Shown here in pieces: positions 1 to 9,357 of a DNA stretch of 64,000 bases (its first letter is position 1; every line of letters starts with the position of its first letter). The DNA lies in contig OZ245838.1 in the NCBI GenBank assembly GCA_965228735.1, forward strand, positions 5,216,001 through 5,280,000, given 5' to 3'. A program made the translations under genes and the position numbers. The notes below the pieces were generated by a model. It worked only from the letters and a program-made list of their open reading frames with translations. It ran no database searches and had not been told where the DNA came from. This DNA comes from Planctomycetota bacterium (GTDB lineage Bacteria; Planctomycetota; UBA1135; UBA2386).

Positions 1-3000
1 GGCCATGTCGCCACGACTTACGAGTGGAGTCCTCTCGTGCCCGGTGACACGAAGGGGGCCTACAAACTGGACAAGGTGACAACGCCCGACGGCGAAGAGT
101 GGAACTATACCTACACACTCGTGCCGCGGTTCACTCCGGCCGGTCAGCTTGACCGGGGAAAGAAGATCGAGTTCGAACTGGTTGATGCACCTACCGTGTC
201 AAGCGGATCGGCGATTCCGCAAGCAGCAACGCAGTACGACGTCAGCAGCCCCGTGTTCATGAGCAGCGGGGGGCAGCAGCGATGGGTTGGCTTCGTGAAG
301 GCCGTTGTCGATCACGATGGCGTAAATACCACGTTCGAGCACGATACGCTTCTGGGGCACCTGACTGGTGTTGTCCGAAACCCACTAGGCGGGAACGACA
401 GCGTCGAAGTCAACTTCGTGAACGACCGACTTGGTCGGCCGCTGACTGTGACTACGAATGTCGGGTCGTCCCTAAGTCAGGTGACCTCTATTGTGCGCGA
501 CGACGCGGGTCGGGTGTCTACCGTCGTGGCGAACGTGGGCTCGCAAACTGTCGAGACTCGCTCGTTCTACGACCGATGGGGGAATGTCTGCGTTAGTCAG
601 CGTCGCAATGAGAACGCATCGGGCTCAGCGCCAGACGATTACGGCCCGACGCCTCGGGCGGAGGCTGCACGCACTTGGTTGCGGGATGAGTTCCACTGCA
701 TCGGAAACCGGCTCAGTGCGACGTTCGAAGATCGCCGGCCGCTAGATCGCGACTCCCCTAGCGCGGATCCGCTCGTCGACGCTGCTGAGGCGCGCTATCT
801 GTTGACAGTGTACGATTGGACTCGGGGAGGGTTCATCAAGAGCATAAGCCACCCAAACGGCTCAGAGACTGTGTTCACATATGACGGCTATCAGTCCCTC
901 TACAAAGTCGAACATAAGAGCATCGGGCAGCCGACTGTCTTGGACCGAAAGCTATTTGTGAACGATGTGCTAGAAGTGGTACGGGTGTTCCGTGGGGACT
1001 CCAATTTGGAGCTCGCCACAACGATAGAGCGTAATGCCTCTGGCCGTGTCGAGCGCGTAACGGAGCCAGAGCCCGACACGCCGCCCGGTTACACTGGGCC
1101 GCCAACCTACGCCAAGCATGAGTTCGACGCGGATCAGATGGGGCGCATCACCGAGGTTCGCGTTGTCGACGCACTAACCACGAGTGTGGTCGCCCGAGAG
1201 ACGCGTCAGTACGACGAAGTCGGTAGACCATGGATTCGGCGCGCGTTCGACCCATCGGTTCCGGCGACGCCGCTCGCCGTTCACACAACAGAATGGGAGG
1301 GGATGGGCAAGGTCAAGAAAGTCACCGACCCTGCCGGTCGGTTTGTGGAGCGTTCGTACGATGCGCTCGCCCGGCTGACACAGATCAAGGACTCGTTGCC
1401 CAACAACCCGAACCTCATCGACTACGAGTACGAGGCCAAGACGAACCTCGTGAAGCGCGTCGTGCGCACGGAGTGGGACGAGCTCTCGAGTGCAGCGGCG
1501 GTGCTTGAAACCTCGTACGAATACGACGGGCTTGGCCGGGTCTCGAAGATCCTTGACGGCCCGTCTGGATTCCAGCTAGAGCACGAGTTTGCCTACTACT
1601 CAAGCGGCTTCACGGAGTGGTATCAGGATCCTGAGGACAAGGTCTTTCGATACCTGCCGGATGCCACAGGCCGTCTTGTCGAAAAGTTCCTGCCCGGCAC
1701 CGTGCCGATTTGGAACGAGTCGAGGTACAAGGACTGGACGGGGCTGAATGATCGAACAGAGGTTGTTCGCACGGATGGTCGAGGCCGGGTTACGCGTTCG
1801 ATTCATGACTTCTTCGGGCGCTTGCAGTCAGTCATGAACCCTGGGGCGGCGACCGAGCCGACCTCGACGTCGCCGAGTCAGCCGTTGGCGGAGTATTTCG
1901 TCTATGACGCAGCCTCGAGGCTCACCGGCGTTCATCAGGGTGATGATGTCTTCATTGCCCTCTACCGCGACGGAATGGGGCGGTTGTTGGTGCGGTCGAC
2001 TCCGTCGGCTGGCGCGAATCAGTTCGTGTCGTTCTACCACGGGCGCGACATATTGATTCGCAACGCCTTGGGACAGGTCACCTATGCCGCGAACCTGTAC
2101 GGCGCTGACGGAGGCGGCGGCTCCTATCACCAAGAGGCGCTCGCTCCGGACTCCCTGGGGCGGAACCACCGCGAGTCATTCAAGTTCCTGCTCGGCGACA
2201 ATTGGGTAGACATCGAGAGCGGTTTCTCGGGTGGAGATCAGGTCCGATCCTCGCTGACTTACGACAATAACGCTGGGGGCGACGGGCTTTGGCTCGATTA
2301 CACGCCGGATGCAGTTGGTCGCCTCGGCCAAGTTGATTGGCGGACGACAAGCGGCGGCACGCCCGAAGTGCTGGCGGAGTACAAGCATCAAGGTGGCCGA
2401 AGCCGACAACGCGCCACTCATTGGGCGGCCGGTGGCTCGAGCAGTTTCGACACGAACTATCGCTACGATGTGTCTGCGCGGGTGGATCGGATCACTCAGT
2501 CGTTCGGCGCGAGTGCCACGGTGGAGTTCTCTTACGACGACGCTAGCAACCTGCTTAAGGAGGAATACCAGAAGCAAGGTGGGGCCAGCCAGAAGGGGGA
2601 CCGATTCGCCTACGACGAACATCACCGCCTGGAATCGGCATGGTTGGGCGCAGATCAGCCTGAGCTCAATAGCCCTGGCACTGGTACTTTCGTAGAGAAG
2701 CTCACGTACGGGCTCGACACCGGTAGCAACCGCGACTGGGTGACGACACAGCTCGGGGTGGGAGGTGCTCTCACGACCGCTGACTACGAGACGCAGGATG
2801 CACCGCCGCAGGGGCCAAGCAACCGCTACTCGGATGCCGATGGCGTAGCCCCATTGTACGACGAGCGCGGCAACACGATTTTTGACGGGAATTTCTGCTA
2901 CGTCTACGACGATTTGAACCGGCTCACGGAGGTTTACATCCTGACTGGTGAGGAGTCGTCGTCTGCTTCGACGTCGCCGTCTTCCGGGCCGGCTGCCTCG

Positions 3001-4623
3001 GCGCCAAGCTTGTCTAGTCTGCGGGAGGCAGAGTTGGCTCGGGGTCAGTTCGAGGTTGCAAGCGTCGAAGTGCTGCGAATCGCACGATCGAGAATTCTTG
3101 GACGTATTCCTGGCGCGTTGAATTTGCTGCTCGAGCGGCAGTTCAGCTCGTCTTTCCGGGAGGGGTTGAGCGAGTCGATTCCGATAGCTGGTGCCAGCCG
3201 CACCACCAGTGGTTCTTCGTCGGCGTCCTCCGCATCGATGTCGTCGCCCCAATCTGGTAGTCAGGAGGGCGCGACTATGACGCTGTACGCGCTCTATCAA
3301 TACGACGCGATGAACCGGCGTGTGCATCGGACTCGATTCGGGTGGCAAACGTGGTTCACGGCTTGGGATGACTGGAGGGAAGTCGAAGAGCTCGTTTGGA
3401 ACGGCACGAATGTCGTGCCGCAGCGCCAGTTTGTATGGGGTGAGCAGCTCGATGAGCTGATCGCTTACCGGTTCAGGCAGCCGGGCACTGGCCCCGGCTT
3501 CGCGGATTACTTCGTCGCAGAGGGCGGCGCGCATTGTCCGTCTCGTATACTTGACGATTCTGGAAATGTTGTAGAGATTCAGGAATACAGTCCCTATGGC
3601 GCGGTGTCACACTTCTCTGGGGCGGGGGTGCCCCGGCTGGGGTCGGATGGTGCGGTAGGTAACGTCTTTGGGTGGAAGGGGCACAGGTGGGATCCCGAGA
3701 CCGGGCTCTTTTATGCGCGTAATCGGTATTACTCGAGTGCTTGGGGGAGATTCCTGACGCTGGACCCGATCGGAGTATGGGGGGATGTCGTGCAGCGCGG
3801 TAATGGTTATGCATACGGCGCTGCGAGTCCGTTAACAAATAGCGACCCGCTTGGACTTCAAGTCAGCAGCACGCACGCCGCTTGGGCCAAGGAGTACGGG
3901 ATGAAGCCCGGCGACAGTGTTAGTTTCGCCGAGACGCAGTTCTTGCCGGTGTCCGGTAAGCCCTACGAAGGATTGCGGATGTTTGATGATGGCAGGGTCG
4001 CTCCAATAAGCGCGGACGGAGCGATCGTGCTGACGCACTGGATGGATGAGTTGTCGCCTGGGGATCTGGCGATGCGAGATATCTATCATCTCATCGACGG
4101 GGCTTCATTCAATCTGTCCCATGCATGGGGGCCGAGTGTGGAGCCGGAGACTCTCGGTGAAATGGGGCTTCAGGTGGCTGGGTCATTCATTGTTCCTACG
4201 GGCGCGCTTGCCAAGCTCGCCCACAGGGCGGCAAAGCTCAGGAAAATCTGGAACATGGGCCCTCTTGCCCGCGGGCTAATTCTGGAGAGGTGGCTAGGGG
4301 CAAATCTGCCGCAAGGGTTCCGGATCTTTGACAGGTTGAGCAAATGTGGTAAAATCATTACGAGCATTAAGACGATTAAGCTGTCCAGTCCTAGCTACCA
4401 AAACCCAAATAGGTTGCGATCCTTGATCATGGGTTATGTCAACAAGGTCAGGAACGCATCCGGAACCATCAGGCAGGGTCGAACAAGTATCAACGTCGAT
4501 GGTATGGAGCGAGGGTTGCACATCGGCCTCGATTCTGTCGGCACGCCTGGTCAGCAACGCGTATTGGCGGATATACTCGAGACAGTGACTGATATTAAGA
4601 TCGAGATAACGGTGCTACGATGA
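1..4623 (+). CDS. RHS/YD-repeat polymorphic toxin, 5'-truncated by the window edge, with a CdiA-CT EC869-o11-like PD-(D/E)XK nuclease C-terminus
   Basis: Frame +1 is open from base 1; many YD repeats (YDALARL, YDGLGRV, YDAASRL); RHS core GWKGHRWDPETGLFYARNRYYSSAWGRFLTLDPIG...NGYAY...DPLGL; tip LPQGFRIFD...TSIKT resembles EC869-o11 LPKNFKTFD...TSVKS as recalled. Confidence 0.9.
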   Translation, partial: GHVATTYEWSPLVPGDTKGAYKLDKVTTPDGEEWNYTYTLVPRFTPAGQLDRGKKIEFELVDAPTVSSGSAIPQAATQYDVSSPVFMSSGGQQRWVGFVKAVVDHDGVNTTFEHDTLLGHLTGVVRNPLGGNDSVEVNFVNDRLGRPLTVTTNVGSSLSQVTSIVRDDAGRVSTVVANVGSQTVETRSFYDRWGNVCVSQRRNENASGSAPDDYGPTPRAEAARTWLRDEFHCIGNRLSATFEDRRPLDRDSPSADPLVDAAEARYLLTVYDWTRGGFIKSISHPNGSETVFTYDGYQSLYKVEHKSIGQPTVLDRKLFVNDVLEVVRVFRGDSNLELATTIERNASGRVERVTEPEPDTPPGYTGPPTYAKHEFDADQMGRITEVRVVDALTTSVVARETRQYDEVGRPWIRRAFDPSVPATPLAVHTTEWEGMGKVKKVTDPAGRFVERSYDALARLTQIKDSLPNNPNLIDYEYEAKTNLVKRVVRTEWDELSSAAAVLETSYEYDGLGRVSKILDGPSGFQLEHEFAYYSSGFTEWYQDPEDKVFRYLPDATGRLVEKFLPGTVPIWNESRYKDWTGLNDRTEVVRTDGRGRVTRSIHDFFGRLQSVMNPGAATEPTSTSPSQPLAEYFVYDAASRLTGVHQGDDVFIALYRDGMGRLLVRSTPSAGANQFVSFYHGRDILIRNALGQVTYAANLYGADGGGGSYHQEALAPDSLGRNHRESFKFLLGDNWVDIESGFSGGDQVRSSLTYDNNAGGDGLWLDYTPDAVGRLGQVDWRTTSGGTPEVLAEYKHQGGRSRQRATHWAAGGSSSFDTNYRYDVSARVDRITQSFGASATVEFSYDDASNLLKEEYQKQGGASQKGDRFAYDEHHRLESAWLGADQPELNSPGTGTFVEKLTYGLDTGSNRDWVTTQLGVGGALTTADYETQDAPPQGPSNRYSDADGVAPLYDERGNTIFDGNFCYVYDDLNRLTEVYILTGEESSSASTSPSSGPAASAPSLSSLREAELARGQFEVASVEVLRIARSRILGRIPGALNLLLERQFSSSFREGLSESIPIAGASRTTSGSSSASSASMSSPQSGSQEGATMTLYALYQYDAMNRRVHRTRFGWQTWFTAWDDWREVEELVWNGTNVVPQRQFVWGEQLDELIAYRFRQPGTGPGFADYFVAEGGAHCPSRILDDSGNVVEIQEYSPYGAVSHFSGAGVPRLGSDGAVGNVFGWKGHRWDPETGLFYARNRYYSSAWGRFLTLDPIGVWGDVVQRGNGYAYGAASPLTNSDPLGLQVSSTHAAWAKEYGMKPGDSVSFAETQFLPVSGKPYEGLRMFDDGRVAPISADGAIVLTHWMDELSPGDLAMRDIYHLIDGASFNLSHAWGPSVEPETLGEMGLQVAGSFIVPTGALAKLAHRAAKLRKIWNMGPLARGLILERWLGANLPQGFRIFDRLSKCGKIITSIKTIKLSSPSYQNPNRLRSLIMGYVNKVRNASGTIRQGRTSINVDGMERGLHIGLDSVGTPGQQRVLADILETVTDIKIEITVLR

Positions 4624-5063
4624 CAAAGGCGACAGCTGCGGCGAACCTTAGACAGTGGAAGGGCGTGTTTATGGCCAACCCCAGCCGTGTCCATGGTGGG
4701 CTTATGGTGGAAGCCCTGCCGGTCATTGTGCTTGCCGAGGACGGGGTGAGCCCCGAGTCCGTCGGAGGCGCAATTCGAGATAGTTTGGAAGTTTCTTCAC
4801 GCTTGAAGGCTTGTGATATGGGATCAGAGGCTGTCCTCCTCAGAGAACTTAGAGCTAGGTCTTGGAGGGAGCTCGAAAGAAAGGCGAAGACAGTTTCAAT
4901 AACGGAAGAGCCTAATGGTATTTGTTTTACTCCGTTGTTCGCGTTCGACGATCCAAGGGAGGGAGAGTACGGGATGTCTGGAGACCTGGAGGTCCGGAGG
5001 CCGCTTGAGTCCTCGCGTGCAGAGCTCGGCGCGCTGGCCCTTGAGTTACTTGGTGGGACATGA
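4620..5063 (+). CDS. Cognate immunity protein, CdiI(EC869-o11)/DUF1436-like
   Basis: 4-bp overlap with the toxin stop; 147 aa; segments SPESVGGAIRDSL, SWRELERKAKTVSI and PLESSRAELGALALE parallel the recalled CdiI-o11 sequence. Confidence 0.75.
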   Translation: MTKATAAANLRQWKGVFMANPSRVHGGLMVEALPVIVLAEDGVSPESVGGAIRDSLEVSSRLKACDMGSEAVLLRELRARSWRELERKAKTVSITEEPNGICFTPLFAFDDPREGEYGMSGDLEVRRPLESSRAELGALALELLGGT

Positions 5064-5118
5064 GTGAGAGTTACAGGTAGCAGGTGGGTACGCTTCGGTT
5101 GGTGACTCTTACCCGTGG

Positions 5119-6630
5119 CTATTGCCATAAGATCTCACGGACCCGAGCCATCCACCGAACCCCGCCACCCACCACTCCCCGAACCAACAGAAACCGCAGC
5201 CTCAACCCCCCGAACTCCAGCAATCCCGCGATGTCGTCGATCCGAAGCTCTACCAACTGCCGCTGCGGCCGGACGGCATCCGGATCACGGAACTCGTAGG
5301 GCGCGCGCAGCCAGTGCCCCTCTTCGCTGCTTGGCGGGGAGTAGGACTTGGCCTGAAGGACGCGCAGCGGTGGTTGAAGGCCGCCTGGGACCATCTCAAG
5401 CCGCTCGAGCCATGTTGTTGGCAGCCGGCGGGCCGCCTTCTGCATCAGCGTCAGGGCGGCGCCGTCGTCGGTCACGAACTCGGGTTCGCCCAGCGCCCGG
5501 CGGACTTGGTTCTCCTCTGAGATCGGCGCTGCTTCGTTCACGTGATCCCCGAGGTCGCGGAGGATCACATCGTGCCAGCCGGTGCGGACCGTGCGCCGCA
5601 CCTGGAAGACCTGCTTTCTCCACTGACCATCGTCATGCAGCTCGTATCGCGGCACCCATGCGGCGTTGAGCTCCGGCAGCACGATTCGCGGCTCCTTGCG
5701 GATCAACTCGAGCAGCTCTTCCGGATCGCGCGGTAGTCGCAGCCCGGACCGGAAGACCGGCTGCGCCTCCACCTCAGCCATCACCCGAGCGATCACGAGG
5801 CCTTCGGGGTCCAGGCCCAGGCGCGGCATCTTCTTGATAAAGCGCTTCGCGGAACGGGTGTCCGGGAACGCCGCGGGCACGGGCGGCAGCTGCAGCACGG
5901 CGGCGTAGTCGGGGAGTCCTTCGTCAGGCCGTGGTCGGCGGTAGAGGATGTAGTTGCCGCGTGGGTCGTGGCGGGTCTTCGTGGCTGGCCGCTTCGTTCG
6001 CGATGCCGGCTTCTGAGCCGCCTCAGTGGCTGGGGCTGCTGGCTCTGCTGCTGATTGGAGTCTGGCCTCCTCGGCCTGCGCTCGTGCCAGAGCGGCCGTC
6101 AGCGCGCCTCTGTGGTCGTGATGCGCCATGTATCGCCACACTGGGCCGTCATCGAGGCTGTCGCCCTGGTAGAGCGCGATCACGTCGGTGACGAGCCGGT
6201 CCGCGGCGAAGACGTCTGGATACTCCTCGAGCTCGAGCCGCCGGACTTCCGGACTCCCACGACCTGAGCCCGGCTCGAGCTCCTCGACGACGACGAGCTC
6301 GCCGCACATCGTCCAGGCGAGCCAGTGAGAGTGGTCGAGCCAGAGGCGGCGATGGGGGTGCCGCCGTTTGCCGCGCAGGCGCGCTTCCTTGGCGTTGAGC
6401 TTGGCGATCTGCCGCTCGACGAACTCGAGCAGCGAGGAGGCGGCGCGGGACGCCTGGAGTGGGTCGCCGGGGCGGCGGAGGTCGCGGACTGGGGTGCGGC
6501 GTTCGCGCTTCGTGGTGGGCGGCCCCGTTGGTCCGGAAGCCGCTCGGAGTCGGAAGCGGTCGCCTGGGTTCCTTGGAGCCCGGGTCGATGGGTTCCAGAG
6601 GTCGGGGTTGGTGACGAAATGAGGGGTCAC
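5119..6630 (-). CDS. Hypothetical protein; start uncertain
   Basis: 503-codon ORF with protein-like composition after about residue 50; no motif recognised. Confidence 0.55.
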   Translation of the reverse strand: MTPHFVTNPDLWNPSTRAPRNPGDRFRLRAASGPTGPPTTKRERRTPVRDLRRPGDPLQASRAASSLLEFVERQIAKLNAKEARLRGKRRHPHRRLWLDHSHWLAWTMCGELVVVEELEPGSGRGSPEVRRLELEEYPDVFAADRLVTDVIALYQGDSLDDGPVWRYMAHHDHRGALTAALARAQAEEARLQSAAEPAAPATEAAQKPASRTKRPATKTRHDPRGNYILYRRPRPDEGLPDYAAVLQLPPVPAAFPDTRSAKRFIKKMPRLGLDPEGLVIARVMAEVEAQPVFRSGLRLPRDPEELLELIRKEPRIVLPELNAAWVPRYELHDDGQWRKQVFQVRRTVRTGWHDVILRDLGDHVNEAAPISEENQVRRALGEPEFVTDDGAALTLMQKAARRLPTTWLERLEMVPGGLQPPLRVLQAKSYSPPSSEEGHWLRAPYEFRDPDAVRPQRQLVELRIDDIAGLLEFGGLRLRFLLVRGVVGGGVRWMARVREILWQ

Positions 6631-6725
6631 GATGAGCGCATGTTACGACGCGCGACAGGGGGCGAAGCAGTCGTGTCCGGTGCGCAAGGCGACGGTGCAA
6701 TCGGTCGCGGAAGGCCCGTCCTCAG

Positions 6726-6745
6726 AAAGGTCGAATTCGACCTTT
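6726..6745. repeat. Perfect 20-bp palindrome AAAGGTCGAATTCGACCTTT
   Basis: Equals its own reverse complement. Confidence 0.85.
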
Positions 6746-6750
6746 TGGCG

Positions 6751-6810
6751 CTCGACCGGGAGCAACCGGGCGCAACCAGCGACCACCAGTTGTCACCCGT
6801 TGCAACCTGT
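6751..6810 (+). repeat. Six degenerate tandem 10-bp units with ACC in the same phase
   Basis: ctcgACCggg agcaACCggg cgcaACCagc gaccACCagt tgtcACCcgt tgcaACCtgt. Confidence 0.65.
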
Positions 6811-6874
6811 CATCATGGCGGTTATGACGTAAGTGACCTTTGCGTCGGTAGCTCCGCTGATACCCTCGGATCGA

Positions 6875-6919
6875 ATGGGGTGCAGGGGGTCGGAGGTTCA
6901 AATCCTCTCGCTCCGACCA
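6875..6919 (+). pseudogene. tRNA-Pro(GGG) 3' half (anticodon loop to CCA); attachment-site fragment
   Basis: ATGGGGT-GCAGG-GGGTC-GGAGG-TTCAAAT-CCTCT-CGCTCCG-ACCA matches the tRNA-Pro(GGG) anticodon loop, T-arm, acceptor 3' strand and CCA; upstream sequence cannot form the D-arm or acceptor 5' strand. Confidence 0.9.
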
Positions 6920-8379
6920 TTCTTCACTTCCTGCTCTTCGAGCAGGAGGTCGAACGGCGAACGTGCGATCACTTCGAGAGTTGCGCCGTTCAGGGTGAGG
7001 TTCAAACTCACGATGTCGAGGATCAGGCGCTTCGTCGCCGGATCTGCCGTAAGCCACTTCGCGGCAAGCTGGTCGGCGAGTTCAAACGCCTTGACCGCGG
7101 TTTCGCTGCGATCGGTCTGATCCTCGCCCTCGGCCTGGAGGTCCTCCTCCAACTCCGCGGCGCGATCGCGGAGCTGCTGCGCTTTGCGGTGGTAGCTCTG
7201 CTTGTCGATTTCGCCGTCGAGGTGGAGGTCGAGCAGACCGTCAAGACGCTCCCGAACGCGGGTCAGCTCGCCTTGCAGACGAGATCGTCGCGCCTTGGCG
7301 TTGTCTCGGTCCGCGCGTGTTCTCGCTCGGAGCGCCGTGACGAACCAGTCGCGCAGTTCGCGATCGTCGAGTCGGAGCGATCGGAGGAAGTTGAGGACCT
7401 GTTCGTTCAGGTCGCGCTCAGGGACTCGGTGACGTTCGTGCCCGGGTGCATTGTAGCGGCTGCACCGGTAGTAGACGTAACGGCGATCAGCCTTCTTGAT
7501 GACCTCGCCGGTGATGCGCTTCCCGCACTGGCCGCAGTCGATCAGTCCCGCGAAGGTTGCCTCGTGTGTCGAGTATCGGCGGTCGCCAAGCAGGGCTTGC
7601 ACACGCTCGAAGGTCGTGCGGGCGATCAGCGGCTCGTGTGTGCCGGGGTGCCAAGCTCCCTTGTAGGCGACTTCGCCGATGTAGGAGCGATCGCGTAGGA
7701 TCGAGTGCACCTTCGATCGCGTGAACCTCGGGGTCCTGGCTGTGTAGACAATGCCCTCGGCTCGCATCCTCCGTAGGAGTGCGTCGATCGTGCAATCGCC
7801 GCCCGCGTAGAGATCGAACATCCTGTGGACCTTTGGACCGTTCTCCCGATGGATGCGCACTAGGCTCCGTCCGCCCTCATCGCGGTAGTTCTGATAGCCG
7901 AAGGGAGCCTTGTTAGGGAACAGTCCTTCGGCGACCCTCCGATCGCGTGCTTCGATGATCTTCTCGGCACTCTGACGGATCGCGAAGCGCGCGAGAATGC
8001 CCTGAATCCCGATGGTCAGCTCTCCTGCTGGATTCGATCCGTCCAGGCTGCCGTCGACTACGAAGATGCGCAGATCGTAGGCTTCCTGGAGCCGCTCCAG
8101 CTCGGCAAGATCCTGGAGGTTCCGGGCAGCGCGGTCGACGCTCTTGAAGATCACGCCGTCGAGGCGCCGGTGGTGTCGTCGCAAATAGTCGAGCAGCTCG
8201 CGGAAGGCCGTCCGCGAGCTGCTGGTCTTGGCGGACTCGGCGACGGCGAACATCTCAACAATCACCCCATTCAGTCTGCTGGCGTGCGCGTGGACGGCGT
8301 CGTGTTGGCATTCCAGGCTAAAGCCCTCTCGCTCCTGCTCCCGGGACGAAACCCGGCAGAATCCGACGAACCGCTTCAT
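6898..8379 (-). CDS. Large serine recombinase (resolvase + recombinase + Zn-ribbon + coiled coil), 493 aa
   Basis: FCRVSSREQ catalytic motif, DRAARN, PFGY, CGQCG...YYRC; GGAGG RBS before ATG at 8379; stop codon lies inside the tRNA fragment. Confidence 0.93.
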   Translation of the reverse strand: MKRFVGFCRVSSREQEREGFSLECQHDAVHAHASRLNGVIVEMFAVAESAKTSSSRTAFRELLDYLRRHHRRLDGVIFKSVDRAARNLQDLAELERLQEAYDLRIFVVDGSLDGSNPAGELTIGIQGILARFAIRQSAEKIIEARDRRVAEGLFPNKAPFGYQNYRDEGGRSLVRIHRENGPKVHRMFDLYAGGDCTIDALLRRMRAEGIVYTARTPRFTRSKVHSILRDRSYIGEVAYKGAWHPGTHEPLIARTTFERVQALLGDRRYSTHEATFAGLIDCGQCGKRITGEVIKKADRRYVYYRCSRYNAPGHERHRVPERDLNEQVLNFLRSLRLDDRELRDWFVTALRARTRADRDNAKARRSRLQGELTRVRERLDGLLDLHLDGEIDKQSYHRKAQQLRDRAAELEEDLQAEGEDQTDRSETAVKAFELADQLAAKWLTADPATKRLILDIVSLNLTLNGATLEVIARSPFDLLLEEQEVKNGRSERI

Positions 8380-8798
8380 GCGACCCTCCAGCCCGCCAAA
8401 CGACCAATGCTCTGGAGCGCGGACACCGCCGCACTCAGGGACACCGGCGCGAACCGGCGTCTCTGCAGGACGCACGCAGTTTGGGTCAACAAGTCCTCGC
8501 TGACCCACGCGGGGCGCTCTGTCGCTAGTTCCGCAACTTGCGTGCGCATGTGCTCCATCGTTCGTCGACAACACGATACGAGATCCGTTTGCCACCCGCT
8601 GCGCAGCCCGCCTTGCTCGTCCACGTTGTCCAACCACCAACAGCGGATCGCGTAGTTCGCCCAGTAGTCGGTCTCACTCGCGTCCAGGATGAGACGTGCT
8701 TCGTTCTCGAACGACGCGTAGTCATGCTGGGCGAACGCATACATCTCGCGCAACTGCTGTTGCAGCGCTGCGTGAAGCTTCGGGCTCACTCGGCTCAT
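8376..8798 (-). CDS. Hypothetical protein translationally coupled to the LSR
   Basis: ATGA overlaps at both ends; 140 aa. Confidence 0.65.
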   Translation of the reverse strand: MSRVSPKLHAALQQQLREMYAFAQHDYASFENEARLILDASETDYWANYAIRCWWLDNVDEQGGLRSGWQTDLVSCCRRTMEHMRTQVAELATERPAWVSEDLLTQTACVLQRRRFAPVSLSAAVSALQSIGRLAGWRVA

Positions 8799-9022
8799 CG
8801 GCCTCCTCCTACGATCTCTCGGCGAGCCTTGCGGTAGACCGCGAGCAGGAACTCGCTCATCGAGTAGCCCAGGCGCTTGGCGTCAGCGCGAAGGCGCCGT
8901 TTCTCCTCCGGGCTCACTCGCAGCCTGATGGACTCCGTTTTGCGGCTCGCAGGGACCGGCAGGTCGAGAATGCGCCGCCTCGCGCGGTTTCGTGTCTTTG
9001 TTGATGCCACCATCGGTTTCAC
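8795..9022 (-). CDS. Ribbon-helix-helix DNA-binding protein (MobC/DUF1778-like)
   Basis: KTESIRLRVSPEEKRRLRADAKRLGYSMSEFL fits the RHH pattern; start could be ATG 9013. Confidence 0.75.
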   Translation of the reverse strand: MKPMVASTKTRNRARRRILDLPVPASRKTESIRLRVSPEEKRRLRADAKRLGYSMSEFLLAVYRKARREIVGGGR

Positions 9023-9107
9023 CTCTGTGCGACTCTTGGTAGCACTCTTCCCCCGCGCGTCAACGCGACGGTCGGTGCGCCGCGAGATGGTTGTGGCAAC
9101 ATCGTCG

Positions 9108-9140
9108 TGCGTTTTTCTCGCGTGACGCGAGAAGAACGCA
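9108..9140. promoter_or_regulatory. 16-bp inverted repeat upstream of the RHH-hypothetical-LSR operon (operator or oriT-like)
   Basis: TGCGTTTTTCTCGCGT-G-ACGCGAGAAGAACGCA, one mismatch. Confidence 0.5.
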
Positions 9141-9357
9141 GGCCGGAATCGCGCCAGACTTTTTCCTCGCCACTCCGCGTTTTCTCAGCCCAGGTATCCT
9201 CTGGGCGTCATGGGGAGCGCACTCGAAGAGCACCTGCACGCCGTCCTGAGGGCCGTCTTCGCCGCGGTGGACAGCTACTCGGTCGAGGCGTCCGAGCCAG
9301 TCAGAGCTTTTGGGAGGGCTTCGCGCCGCCCGCTCAACCGCCCCGGCCCCCGTTTTC

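Larger units (their letters stand above)
1..6919. mobile_element. Right end of a putative genomic island that ends in a duplicated tRNA-Pro 3' half (attR-like); left end lies outside the window
   Basis: tRNA fragment starts at the anticodon loop with no 5' half; RHS toxin/immunity cargo; codon usage looks less GC3-rich than the region after 22 kb; phased repeats just inside the fragment. Confidence 0.55.

Noticed and set aside
6841..6919. Intact tRNA-Pro gene
   Set aside because: No acceptor 5' strand, D-arm or 5' anticodon stem upstream of 6875; only the 3' half is present
6325..7698. 457-aa plus-strand ORF across the att site
   Set aside because: Antisense shadow of the LSR and the 5119-6630 ORF; no motifs
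8380..8640. 87-aa N-terminal extension of the LSR in the ORF track
   Set aside because: The catalytic motif starts right after ATG 8379, which has an RBS and an ATGA overlap with the upstream gene
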